A stretch of 57,753 nucleotides of DNA, counting the filler, from Catajapyx aquilonaris (lineage: Eukaryota), in assembly GCA_000934665.2 (NCBI GenBank). It is 4 parts of 4 records of this genome, joined end to end, with 100 filler letters (N's around TTAATTAATTAA, not from the genome) between each part and the next. Parts side by side here need not be neighbours in the genome. Positions count along the whole stretch, not along the records: positions 1 to 14,423 come from JYFJ02007808.1; 3 more parts are not named here. One strand, 5' to 3'. How positions within the stretch are numbered: position 1 is the first letter of the stretch; each line of letters begins with the position of its first letter. Below the pieces are notes generated by a model, which worked only from the letters and a program-made list of their open reading frames with translations, was not told the DNA's origin and searched no databases. Position numbers and translations under genes: made by a program. Shown piece after piece: positions 1-12,068 of this stretch.

Positions 1-60
1 CCCCCCCGTGGGGTAATGCAAAAAAACAACAACAACAAAAAAAAAACTAGTCGAATAGCC

Positions 61-176
61 CTGAGGTAGAGGCTTCCTTATAGAGCACAAAGCCAAACGT
101 CTCTAACTCGAATCTTCCATAACTCTTAAGTTTTTTTCCGGTCCCATGGAGATTCGACTTATAGAAGTTTTATTAT
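61..176 (-). mobile_element. Partial Tc1/mariner(pogo)-type MITE, same family as 6721-7271
   Basis: Reverse complement of ~6721-6840, including the TIR ttcgacttatagaagtttta; runs into the (AAT)n SINE tail. Confidence 0.7.
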
Positions 177-179
177 TAT

Positions 180-240
<61 letters not shown>

Positions 241-492
241 GAAACCCCGTGATAAGCCTCCTTGGGCATTTTAGGGGATCATCTTTTTAATTGACCGACT
301 TTAATCATTGCCTTTGCTGTGATGGATTTTTATTCTGCGAGGAAACGGGAGAATTCCGAGAAAACCACGCGAACACAGAGAGAACCCATCGAAACTCTAT
401 CACATAAGCATCCTCTGTCCGATCCAGGGATCGAACTTGGGACCTGACAGGTGGAAGGCTTTGGTGCTAACCACTACACCACAGTGCCGCCC
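177..492 (-). mobile_element. tRNA-derived SINE with V-domain-like core and (TTA)n tail
   Basis: Minus strand has A box (tggtgtagtggttag), B box (gttcgatccc), core gtggttttctcggaattctcccgtttcctcgca and a long TTA tail. Confidence 0.75.
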
Positions 493-768
493 TAATATGC
501 TTGTATATCGCTCATGCAAGCAATCCTAGAAGGTTTGTTTCTATTTCTAGCAGAACATGCCCAAGTGTGATAGGAGCATGGAGCTATAGACAATGACTGA
601 CAAATGATTGACTTCAGGTTACAGCTCTTTCAAGATGTGTGGAAAAAAGGGACTCCATAAGGAGTGTTGCAATCTGTAAACCTCAAAACCTCTTAACCTG
701 AACTCATTTTATTATTATGTGGCTGACTGCGCTTCACGTCAGGACTTATGCTGAAATGCATTGGTGAT

Positions 769-1030
769 GGGGAGATGTGGTGGCCGAGATGGTAACGTCT
801 CGGCTTGCTGAGTGAAAGATCCCTGGTTCGATCCCCGCCTGGGGGTTCCCTTTCGCCTGTGTCGGGAGGGTCTCTGATCTGCACCTTGGAGGTGTCTGGC
901 AACCTAACCTCCTGGGGGACTGCACATGGCCCAATTTGAGACAATGCACTTGCACCCGTGTCCCCTCTCCAAGAATCCCTATCCTTACCCTATGTCCTTG
1001 ATTCCTTGCACCGGAGATTTAAGAAAAACT
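769..1030 (+). mobile_element. tRNA-derived SINE, copy 1
   Basis: A box tggccgagatgg, B box ggttcgatccc; similar copy on the minus strand at 11160-11417. Confidence 0.8.
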
Positions 1031-1560
1031 ACACTCTAGAAAACTGATGGTGGTGTGCCACCCCCCCTATAAGGGCTCAGCCCTATCATGGGGTTTAAAA
1101 AAAAAAATACTGTGGTAATGGATGTGATATGAACACTATGTGGTAGCTTGGTCAATCCATCATAATATTATGTTAAGAGTTGTAGCATGACATTTCCAGT
1201 CACAATGTTCATAATTATTCTGAAGTTATTTAAACTAGCCTGAAAGAGAATATAAAATGAAGAACTGATTAAAAACTTCTAAAAGCACAGACCCACAATG
1301 GCACACATAGCGACTCAATTGCCACAATCCTTCTTGAGCACTTGGTCACTTTTAAGTCACTATTGTCACAGTTCGCAGAAACTTCATCTGACAAGTGCGT
1401 GACATACGGCGTTCTGGGTAGCGGCCTGGCTGCCTTGCCCCCCCCCCCCCNNNNNCCACCACCACAACCTGGGCCACCACCTGGCCAGTGTTGGTGGTAA
1501 TGGTGACTCTTCTTCCCCTCACTCCTCCTGGTGCGGTGATGACGAGTTGTAGCCTCATTG

Positions 1561-2116
1561 TCAGTCGTCACTCACATAATCTGCATTGCTCTCAAATTGC
1601 TTGATATGGACAGGATATGCCCCACCTCTGACTCCACCTTGACCCTTGCCCTTCCCACCTTTGCTGAGGCTGGACTCACTTGACTCCTCACTGGAAATGC
1701 CCAAGCCCAAGCCCTTATCAGCAGGATACCTGTCACGTGGAGGCCGACCTTTTGGAGGAGGTGGTAGTGTCAGCAGGGTCATACCCGGAAGGAGCTTCCC
1801 AGGATGCGTTGCCACATAGAATGGGTGAGGTGGAAGGCTTTTTGTGTCCATCTGGAACTTCTTGCAGTAACAATATGACCGAGGTCCTTAGTATGGACAG
1901 GAGCATTGGTAGTAAAAACAAGCCATGAATGGCCCCGAAGAAGATGACAAGGAAGATGGTCTTGAAGAAAGGGATGAAGATGTAACTTGGTGCAAATATG
2001 AGTGCAATCACACCCAGTATAGTTGACAGAGCTCCTTGGATAATTGTCATTCCCAAGGCATAGAGACATTCTTGAACTCGTTCTTCGGGTGTCAATCCGG
2101 ATGATGACATGTAGGC
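1561..2116 (-). pseudogene. Patched-related (Ptr/PTCHD3-like) C-terminal fragment, frameshifted
   Basis: AYMSSSGLTPEERVQECLYALGMTIIQGALSTILGVIAL...FFKTIFLVIFFGAIHGLFLLP matches the last patched-family TM helices; after a shift near 1888 the tail continues GPRSYCYCKK...DKGLGLGISSEESSESS (ORF 1561-1851). Confidence 0.75.
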
Positions 2117-2372
2117 CAGTGGTTTCCAACGTTTTACCAAGTGCGACCCCCTAAACATGTTTCCATAAATGTGCAACCCTCCCCCCTCCCTCCCCTCCCC
2201 CGGCCCCCCCTACAACTGCTCTCTTTCCAGAAAACATACACCGAGACATACACACTGTACTGCCGCAAAAATGATTCAATTGACGCAGAAATTGCAAAAA
2301 ATAATAATAATAATAATAATAATAAGAAGTTGAACCAATGCTCATGACCCACCGGTTGGAAACCACGTACTG
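2117..2372. mobile_element. hAT-like MITE
   Basis: TIRs cagtggtttccaac / gttggaaaccac(gtac)tg; flanks do not form a matching TSD. Confidence 0.65.
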
Positions 2373-2904
2373 GTCTAATGTGATATTAATATTGGTTCAA
2401 CAGTGGCCTCGGATATCAGCAACCTCATTCTAAGTCAATCATCCCCATTCTCGAATTGGTAGTCGGAGCTTGAGAGCATTCTTTTTAACCTAATATTGGC
2501 ATCTAATATTTGTGACATCCCCTAAACGTACTACAGTATTTAAAAAACCGCTTAAAATCAGCATCTTATTGCCAAATACTGATATGTGAAATTGACGGTT
2601 AGTTTGAAAGCCCAGAAAAAATTAGCAAAAGACATATTCAAACTGTCACGAACTGTTCCAAATCGAAAACCAGGGATTCTGTTGGTGTTCTTTATAAGTG
2701 ATGGAATTTAACCTTATTCTTGTGGTGCCTTTAGACCCTATAAGTTTAATTCATGAGACGCAAATAAATTTAGGTCAGGTAGATCTTCAGCCTCTGCAGC
2801 CCGATAGTCTCCAAACTCAGGTGACACGTACTCAATAAGGCCCACACACACATTACAGAGAGCATAACAAGCACACACAGATCCTACAGTATATGCCACC
2901 TCAA

Positions 2905-3037
2905 CAGGGACGTAGCCAGGGGGCCCGAGCCCCCCCGGAATTTTTCGACTTACACTAGATAAAATGAGAATTTTAACTTTCCAATGCGAGCCCCCCCCCC
3001 CACCNCCCCCCGAACCGGAATCCTGGCTACGTCACTG
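2905..3037. mobile_element. hAT-like MITE
   Basis: TIRs cagggacgtagccagg / cctggctacgtcactg; perfect 8-bp TSD cacctcaa (2897-2904, 3038-3045). Confidence 0.85.
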
Positions 3038-3118
3038 CACCTCAACCTCTTCGACATGGTCACTCCTGGATTTTGTTGTTTTCACGGTTGACAGAGGGCA
3101 GGGCTGTTGAAAGAAATG

Positions 3119-3850
3119 TCATAAACCTCCATTGTAGTTGTGCTCACTGCATGGCTTAAATCGGTGCAATCGGTGAGTACCAGGAATGACTCTGGCAGAT
3201 TCAAATCTCTCTTTCAGCTTTCTTTTGCACGTAATAATGTCCTCTTCGTGTACAAAAAATAAATGCACATTCAAAAAAGCAGAAACACAATAATCAAACA
3301 TGTCTTTCACCGAAACGATCTGATTCTGAATAATTGGTCTCTGCTAGCTGGCCTTTGCTGTAGATCGTTTTACCGTGATGGAGTCAATGCCGTCGCAACG
3401 ACTTTGGCCGTGGGATGTTGCGAAAAAATTCCACTCACAATGGATGTCAAAATCAAGGAAGTGGTGACAAATGTTGATGAAATTATACTGATTCTTGTAT
3501 TGTCCTACGCACCCGTCACTGAAATAGTGCACTCGGGAAATCTTAGGAAATTTTTTTCAACTGTTGCAATACTGTAGTACCTATTGGAATGTGTAAACGG
3601 CCGCTGTCGAATGCTCCTGCGAGTCTCTGATGATACAGTGTATGGTGCAGGGTGTTGGATTCATTACAGAAGTAAACTCTCAGAGCATGAAGAGTTGTCT
3701 GTGAATGCTCCCATCGTGCCTCATCTTGTATGGCGTATGAATAGTTTTCTGCGAAGTCCCCCAACACAATCACTTCCGTTGAAGGAATCCTCTCCTTTAG
3801 TGTCTTAAGGTATTGTTGTGATTGAGACTTTTGCCGTGTTAAGTCCGTGA
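3119..3850 (-). pseudogene. Degenerate Sola-type (probably Sola2) transposase
   Basis: Motifs DFAENYSYAIQDE, YFSDGCVGQYKN and WNFFATSHGQSRCDG spread over frameshifted ORFs. Confidence 0.65.
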
Positions 3851-3851
3851 T

Positions 3852-4400
3852 CGGACTGTTCACCTGGTCGGACAGAAAGGTCTCAAATTCTTAGATGGTC
3901 CGCTGCCGACCTCACCTTGAAGCTTCTTAAAGAAGCTCAACATTTTAGAAGAATCCCGGACGATTTATTGTCTTGGACCAGGTTTAGTGTGTTGTGGCAC
4001 CTGTTAATTTGTTTTACAAAGTCCTGCACAGTAACTGGCGCCGGTGGACTAGTGGTTAGCGCGCTCGCCTCTGGTCCCAAGGTTGTGGGTTCGAACCCGG
4101 CCGAGGTCGGTGACTTTTCTCCGGGTGGTAGAAAAGTGAGAGTGCGCCTTCCTTAGGAGGGGAAGTAAAGCAGTCGGTCCCATGTGCTTGTGACATTGCG
4201 CGAGTGCACGTTAAAGATCCCCAGGGTGGCCAAATTTCCAGGAGGAGCACCACCCCCTGGCGTCGGTGTTGGGCCTTAGAGGCAGAAATAGGCTGACGTT
4301 AAGCCCCACTGATCAGTCCTGCACAGTAAGACTCACGGAATGAGCCATACAATGCACGTAGGCAGCTCTCGCGGTTCCTCTCCCCTTTTCTGGTCTGATC
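3852..4400 (-). pseudogene. hAT transposase fragment interrupted by a SINE
   Basis: YVHCMAHSVSLTVQD (HCxAH motif) upstream of the SINE and LRPFCPTR*TVR (degenerate TRW motif) downstream. Confidence 0.65.
4035..4314 (+). mobile_element. tRNA-derived SINE with Deu/Nin (Ruka-like) core
   Basis: A/B boxes (tggactagtgg, ggttcgaaccc), core gcacgttaaagatccccagggtgg; perfect 15-bp TSD agtcctgcacagtaa (4020-4034, 4315-4329). Confidence 0.85.
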
Positions 4401-6390
4401 TCCATCGAAGCATTGGCCTCTGCAATCAGTAACCGGTAAGTTGAACCAGCGCAGCGAAGGGAATCCATGATGATAAGGAACAGTGTCTCAAACTTTGTAT
4501 TTGAAGACCTTGGGGAAAGAACGATCAAGGTCCACCTCAGGTGAAACTGAGATATTCAAATTTCAAACGAAGGCCCATAAGGTTCTACTGTAAATCTCGA
4601 CCTTGTTTCAACTGGAGAGACAAGTATTACGCATGCAATCTGATAACATGTGACGTCACTGCGATTTGCTGGCTGCAATACATGGTTTTGGTCTGCACAG
4701 TGCACGCTACCTTCTTCCATACAGGTTCTGTAGATATGATTTTTTTCCTTGGAATGGCAGACACTGCATACATCTGACTATCCCTGCTAATCAATGCACA
4801 GGTGTGCCAGGATAATAGGAAAACACAGATAATCTGAAAATGGTCCTAGATACTGTAAAAATGAGTTATTCGCAGGTTTTTAATGAACATACTGTCTGCT
4901 GCTTTAAATAAGAGAGAGGTTTAATCAAAACAAATCAAAATATAACTTACGATAGATTTTTATTGTCTGGAAAAGGTCTGTTATATTATTTTCTTGTTTG
5001 CTACACTTACAGACATTATTTCGGACTGTTACTTTTTTGTGATGCATATATAATTAGAAGTACAGTGTATTAAAAAACTGGTGACTGAAGTCATCAATAT
5101 GCAGCGAGTCGTGACTGAGGGAAGGGGTACACATTGGATAGGAAGTGTTGCTCAAACAACTGGTGGCTATTGGCCAGCCAAGTGGCCGTTGCCGCAGACC
5201 AACCGAATCAAAAAAGCTTTGGTGGTGAAGATGAATTGAGGGGTGTGGTGGAAAAACATGATAACTGACAAAGGAGTAATTTTTCAGGAGAGCGAATTTA
5301 GGTTTGCACTCTTGTCACAAATCACCATATTACCTGAACTTGTAACACTGGGTTTTATTATAGGCTATTGCCTGACTGTCTGTCTTGTTGTCCAGAACTT
5401 TTGGAACACTTATTCCTGTAATTAATGGAGATACAGCATACAGGGTGTAACAAAAGTTTCCGCCGCTACTTCCGCCTCAATGACTCATGGATGACGTAAT
5501 CGTAATTTAAAAATCCATATCTCACCAACGGCTCGTGTTAGCCCTATGCCTCATATATCATTCGAACCGCATTGAAAGGCGTCTCCCGCCAGATCCACTG
5601 CGCAACTCCCATAGTCTAATCCGTGCGTAGCATAACAGCTATAACTATTTCTGTGCTGCTAATCGGGAATCATAAAAAACGTTGCGGTGAAGTTTACGGG
5701 TTCAAAGAACGATTATACGCAAAATATTGCTTAGAAATCAATCAAATTAACTGCTAAATTCCCATAATTGTGCTAAGCTTCATACAATCTCTATCACTGC
5801 ACAAAGATCCTTTTCCAATATAGCCACCTTGTAGCCAGAGGAAGATGGCTTCATACGATAAAGTTCGACCAAGTACTTGAGCATGTGATTTGTATGATTT
5901 GTTAAGAAAATGCAAACTTCAATTCGCTCTCCTGAAAAATTACACCTTTGTCAGTTATCATGTTTTTCCACCACACCAAAGAGCTGCTCAACATTCCTTT
6001 GCATTGCTCAGCACTAAAGCAAAGGTGGAACAGGTCCTTAGTCATCACAAACCATGGTCATCACAATGGTCAGCGACCTTTATTCTGGGATAACTAGTAA
6101 TCAATGCCGGTCGCAATGGGCAAAACACACATACAGTGCCATCTTAACTGCAAGGCATGCTCCCGGGCAAAGCAGGGCACTGGGGGCCCCTTGCTACACA
6201 ATCACTCAAGAAGAATAAAAATGTAAATGGCCAATAAAATAAAACACAATATTGGGTTTTATTTTATCGCCCATTTACATTTTTATTCTTCTAGAGTGTA
6301 TTTAAAATTCACATACGTATTTACGTATGTGAATTTTAAATACCCATACTGCGGAAATTATTTGTATCAATAGTTATTCAAGAACAAATA

Positions 6391-6637
6391 CAGGCGTGTA
6401 GGCAGAAAAATTTCGGGGGAGGGCCCGTAGCCGTAGAGGGCGGGGTGCAAGCCCGGCGCAGGCGAAGTTGTTTTTTTTTTTTTTTTTTTTTNTCAATGTC
6501 ACACGAGCTTAAGTGAATGTGGGAGATTTGAATGGGATGTGTATTTGATGACATTGTAGCAATTTTTCCAAAAAAAATCCTGAATTATTAATTTCTAATG
6601 TTATTTCAAGCATTCCGGGGGCCTGCCTACGCCACTG
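6391..6637. mobile_element. Nested hAT-like MITE
   Basis: TIRs caggcgtgtaggcag / ctgcctacgccactg; flanking repeat acaaata; internal sequence shared with 28209-28432. Confidence 0.65.
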
Positions 6638-6720
6638 ACAAATAGTCTACTCCTAGTAGTTGAAATTGGAACAGAAAGCGTTATGGAAAAGGAGAGATAT
6701 TCCGTATAATATACCATATA

Positions 6721-7271
6721 CAGTAAAACTTCTACGTATAAGTTGAATCTCCATGGGACCGGAAAAAAACTTCGATTTATAGAAGATTCGAGTTAGAGAA
6801 GTTTGGCTTTTTTAAAGCACAGAACTCTATAAGGAAGCCTACCTTTACATCCAGCGACGAAAGGTGTTCGAAACTTTAAAATAACATACTGTCACCATCA
6901 CACTTACAATGTTCCTCATTGTTTTGTTGTAAAAGAAATCTCAGTTATGGACATTTGCCTACTATTAGATTCAAGGATTCAATTGTCACAACTCACAATC
7001 GAGTCAAACCCTTCTTTCGGTATGTCTGGTAGACGGAGATCAGGAAATTGAGCCTTTCTGTACATGTGGCCTACTCTCGACCCTTCACCAGGGAAATGAG
7101 ACAATTTTCCATACTCGCCAACATGAACTTCGACTTAGGGAGACTGAAAATGCATTGATATCCCTTCGTAAGGCCCTGCCTGCACTTCGAGTTAGGGAAG
7201 TTTATTTCCTATTCTTTTACATTGTGACCAACCAAGCTCATCATTTTCTTCGACTTATAGAAGTTTTACTG
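6721..7271. mobile_element. Tc1/mariner(pogo)-type MITE
   Basis: TA-CAGTaaaacttcta...tagaagttttACTG-TA termini. Confidence 0.8.
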
Positions 7272-8368
7272 TATTTATGTACATTACAGTCAGGTTGCAA
7301 TACATTATTAAGAAAATTCAAATTAATAAATAAAGGTGTAATTATTTTTCGAAAATAAATGACGAATTCATAAAAATGAACATTTCTTAAGCATGTACTA
7401 CACTTGGACCACTCAATTTGAGTTCTTAAGGGGCATGGTCGGTCCAATAAATTTCTAATAAATATATAGGTTCGTATGGTATTTTTTTTTTAATTATCTA
7501 TTAAAAGAAAACGGCAAGTAGCATTGGGCCCCTATACTCCTGGGCCCCCCGGACAACTGCCCAGCGTGCCCATATGGTAAGACAGCACTGCTCACATATT
7601 TCAATTTTTTTTTGTGTAAGTGGGGGTGTTTCACAGTGTCTGATGGAATTCAATTTATTGAAATATGGAGATACAATGTTATCATAGAGGGGTTTCTCTG
7701 TCAGGCAGGTTGGCAATCATCCTAGGCCACTGAGGAGCAGCGGGTAGTTGTGATTGTTGCACCGTGTAGGGGTACTGACTCCTTTTAAAAATCCATGGTG
7801 TTGCATCAGAACTAATTTTGCATGAGGTCTTCAGGCACGCAATGTGAAGTGTGGCCAGCAGGGAAAATCCTTCCTGACCACAATCATGCACATCCTAAGT
7901 GGCTCCCAGGCTGCCCCTGGCCACTCTCTACCAACCTGAAGCTATCCCTGTCTGACACAACCCCACCCCAACAGTGGGCATATGCTGCCACCCTCACGTG
8001 ACTTCATCCCAGTCAGACAGATATTCTCGATTCTTAATATTATGCTCACATTACCATTTAAAACTTTTAAAACTATAAATATCACCAAGGTATTAAGCAA
8101 GCAAATCAGATACAAGACATTTCCTTCCTCCATCTCTCTCGTGTTTATTCACCAAATAAAAAGCTCAAACAAATCCACATCAGTGGTACATGGAATTTAA
8201 AAAAAAAAAAGAGAATCAAGAAAAAAAAAATCAAATCACTCTTCACTTGCCAACATGATTTTGTTTCTATGAGCCATGATGAGTATGGAAAAAAGGAATC
8301 GGTTGCCGAGGGGATGTAAATGTCCCCACTGCATTTTATATTTTTCTTTCCATTTTTCTTTCAGCATA

Positions 8369-8397
8369 TCAATGCTGTTTCCTCCTGAAGGAGCAGC
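8369..8397 (-). CDS. RpS27: 40S ribosomal protein S27, last coding exon
   Basis: cag|GC TGC TCC TTC AGG AGG AAA CAG CAT TGA = (G)CSFRRKQH*; phase matches upstream exon; minus-strand AATAAA near 8145. Confidence 0.9.
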
Positions 8398-8444
8398 CTG
8401 CAATGAAGAGAGTAGCATTATAACTCGCTGACTGTCACATTACA

Positions 8445-9117
8445 CTATGCTAAATCCTGTCTGGATTATCTTTTGGCCTTACCAAAAGATCGGTGGGGTA
8501 AATGGCAAAGAAACCTTGAGGCTCTCTGTAATAACGGAGGTTCTTCCCTGGCCTTTTTAACACAGGGTAAATATGATTCTTCAATAAGCGAATTTGCGCA
8601 TACTTTGACAGAGCACTAAATCCAGCAAGACATGGACAGTCTGAAACATACCACACGATACTGTCACTATAGCATGTTAGACCCGACGTTTATCAGACAA
8701 TCCTATTTCAATTATAATCTCCCACTGAAGATGCAGAGACTACTAATAAATCTGCGTAACGGCTCTAGCTCAATATATGTGAACGGCTATAAGATAAAAT
8801 TTTCTGAAGATGATTTTTGTACGCTCTGCAACTTAGAAGCCTTCTCGCTCCACCACCTCCTGTACAGCTGTTTTTTTTTCCGCCATGAGATGCAAATATT
8901 TGTGTAATTTTCCATCCCTCCCCCCATATTCGATATGTATATGTTGTTTTGGGAAGTGCCTAAACTTAAGATATACCAGCTGTTTATGTTTTTCTCCGAG
9001 GTCTCCTCAAAATTGTCTTTTTGTGATATCACATTGTAACCAGTTAAGTTGTATATTGCTCTGGGAATCCACGCCATATGGAGGTTTTTTTCCTCCCAGG
9101 TGTGAATAAAGTTGACT
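8445..9117 (+). mobile_element. 5'-truncated LINE (3' end of ORF2 plus 3' UTR) in RpS27 intron
   Basis: CCHC motif CTLCNLEAFSLHHLLYSC, aataaa followed by ttgac tail, perfect 16-bp TSD tgactgtcacattaca (8429-8444, 9118-9133). Confidence 0.85.
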
Positions 9118-9760
9118 TGACTGTCACATTACAATCAGTTCAGCATGGTAACAACTGTAAACATGCACATGAACTCCTATACTACCCTTGCCAAATATGT
9201 TGAAGAAAACACATCTCTTAGAAAATCCCACCAGAATGTTCTCTCTTAAATGCATTTCCCTTTTCCCCTGTCAAAGCAGGCTGATGATGGGATTGGTCTC
9301 ACACACACTACATTTTTTATATGTACTGTGCAACAGAACTGGCATATTCTCACAGCCTGTACACTCGCCCATTTTCATTGTAACATTATTTTAGAATGGT
9401 ACCAGAAGCATTAATTTTTTTTTGGCAAGGATCAAACTTCCGGAAATCTACCTCGGTTATTGCGGCATGCTGGTCGACCTCGTTTTATACTGGCATGCCG
9501 CTTTATGAGAGGTAATACGGTAATAGTTTTATAACACCAACCGGGGTTGTCGCCACCTATGATTTTTCCCCATCCCCTCTTGCGCGCTTGACCCGTTACT
9601 CTGATACACCCTGTATTCAAAAGTCAAGAAACAACTGCACGTCTCATGTGCTCTCAGCTGAAACAATTGTTAAATTCCACAAGTCACTTGATTCAAATGC
9701 ATCATGCATTTTGGATTCAATTACCCATAACTTCATCTGAACCTCTTCAGGCAATATCTA

Positions 9761-10675
9761 CGAGGAGTGATCAAAAAGTAACGTCTCCAAGGCTGTAACC
9801 TTTATTCTGTATGAACACAAATGACGAAACTTACAGGGTACATGAGGACAATGGACATCTACTTTTCTACATAGTTTCCACACCGAAGAACGCACTTATC
9901 CCATCGCCAGACCAGTTTCTCAATCCCTTCCCAATAGAAAGGGGTGCCCTGTTGACAGCACCAGTCACGCAGCCTTCTTCACCTCATCGTCGCTTCGGAA
10001 ATGCTGACCTGCCATGTCTGCTTTCAGGGCTCTGAATAAGTGATAGTCTGTGAGGGCTAGGTCGGGACTATAGGGTGGGTGAGGAAGAACTTCCCAGTCG
10101 TATCCATTCAGCAAAGCCATGATGTCCCTCGATGTGTTGTCGTGGAGAAGGATGACCCCAGCAGTGAGCAATCCTGGAAGTTGCGACTATCAATTCGGAG
10201 CGCAGTGACCCTGGCGAAGTTGCAGAAGGCCATCAGGTGGAAACGACCAGGATTGCTCACTGCTGGGGTCATCTTTCTCCACGACAACGCCCGTCCGGAC
10301 ACATCGAGGGACATCGTGGCTTTGCTGAATGGATACGACTGGGAAGTTCTTCCTCACCCACCCTATAGTCCCGACCTAGCCCTCACAGACTATCACTTAT
10401 TCAGAGCCCTGAAAGCAGACATGGCAGGTCAGCATTTCCGAAGCGACGATGAGGTGAAGAAGGCTGCGTGACTGGTGCTGTCAACAGGGCACCCCTTTCT
10501 ATTGGGAAGGGATTGAGAAACTGGTCTGGCGATGGGATAAGTGCGTTCTTCGGTGTGGAAACTATGTAGAAAAGTAGATGTCCATTGTCCTCATGTACCC
10601 TGTAAGTTTCGTCATTTGTGTTCATACAGAATAAAGGTTACAGCCTTGGAGACCTTACTTTTTGATCACTCCTCG
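9761..10675. mobile_element. Mariner (DD34D) foldback: inverted duplication of the 3' half of the element
   Basis: TA-cgaggagtgatcaaaaagtaa...cctcg-TA; arms 9761-10177 and 10247-10675; HDNARPD...YSPDLALTDY with 34 residues between the Asp residues. Confidence 0.95.
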
Positions 10676-10770
10676 TACTAGTATAATTCAATAGCTTGAC
10701 AACCACAACTATTTTAATGCCAACCAACAGCTACTTGGCTGGGAGCCAATTTATCAGTTTGACCTTATCA

Positions 10771-11031
<261 letters not shown>

Positions 11032-11159
11032 TCAATAAAAACTTACATTAACAGACATATCAAACTTAGAGCAATATAATAATAATAATTGTGGGTAATG
11101 CTTTCACCCCCAAACGGGGGTATATCGCATGAACCTTTATTTATTGTTATTTTTTCAAT

Positions 11160-11417
11160 TTTCTCAACTTCAGTGCAAGGAATCAAGGAAATTGGGTAAG
11201 GATAGGGATTTTCGGGGAGGGGACACGGGTGCAAGTGCAATGTCGTTAAATGGGTCATGTGCAGTCCCCCAGGAGGCTAGGTTGCCAGACACCTCCTTGG
11301 TGCAGGTAAGAGACCCTCCTGACGCAGGTGAAAGGAAAGTTCCCCAGGCGGGATCGAACCTGGGGCCTTTCACACAGCAAGCCGAGACGTTACCATCTCG
11401 GCCACCACACCTCCCCC
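11160..11417 (-). mobile_element. tRNA-derived SINE, copy 2
   Basis: Reverse complement of 769-1030. Confidence 0.8.
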
Positions 11418-11473
11418 AACTGAGAGCAATACTGCCAGTTAAGGTGTTGTGTAAGCCCAAGTAGTATATTTTA

Positions 11474-11966
11474 ATCCCACCAAAAACCTTTCTGTAAAAA
11501 AAGGCCAAGTTCTCCTGACTGCTCGGCCGTCAAAAGTGGTGAGATCTGAAATACGGCCAAGTTCAACGTCGTACTCATTACTGGCATTCTCAAATTCTTC
11601 AACCTAAGCCACTAACTTTATTTTTCCAGGTCGACCTTAAGTTTAATCATAAAAAAATTTTAATGTCATTTCTCCTGATGTCACTTGGTCATTGCTCATG
11701 TCCGAGGTATTGTTGAATTCTACAACTCTTTCAATGTTTTAAGAGCAATGGCCAAGTGACATCACGAGAAATGACAATTTTTTTTTGATGATTAAACTTA
11801 AGGTCGACCTGGAAAAATAAAGTTAGTGGTTTAAGTTGAAGAAGTTGAGAATGCCATTAATTGACAACGACGTTGAACTTGGCCGTATTTCAGATCTCAC
11901 CACTTTTTACGGCCAAGCAGTCAGGAGAACTTGGCCTTTTTTTTACAGAAATGTTTTTGGTGGGAT
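11474..11966. repeat. Long inverted repeat (~225-bp arms) next to Helitron helicase remnant
   Basis: atcccaccaaaaac...cattgctc mirrored by gagcaatg...gtttttggtgggat around a ~45-bp spacer. Confidence 0.9.
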
Positions 11967-12068
11967 CTCACCTCTTTTTGTAGGCAGGAGTGTATAGGAT
12001 AATTATAAGGAAGCTCGGGGTGCCCCCTATACGGTTGGGCGTGGAAGCAATGGTCCGTATGCAAAACT

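Larger units (their letters stand above)
6134..7590. mobile_element. hAT-like non-autonomous element hosting nested insertions
   Basis: TIRs cagtgccatcttaac / ggtaagacagcactg; 8-bp TSD cacacata / ctcacata (1 mismatch). Confidence 0.65.

Noticed and set aside
769..845. tRNA genes at SINE heads (also 4035, 11345, 24070, 36225)
   Set aside because: A/B boxes continue into SINE bodies with tails and often TSDs; no convincing complete cloverleaf
5439..9616. Single Tc1-like element (tacagggtgta...tacaccctgta) capturing the last RpS27 exon
   Set aside because: Only ~11 bp match of a very common terminus; more likely ends of two unrelated elements
9650..9706. Box C/D snoRNA in RpS27 intron
   Set aside because: C box imperfect (ATGATGC), only ~52 nt to CTGA, no recognisable guide
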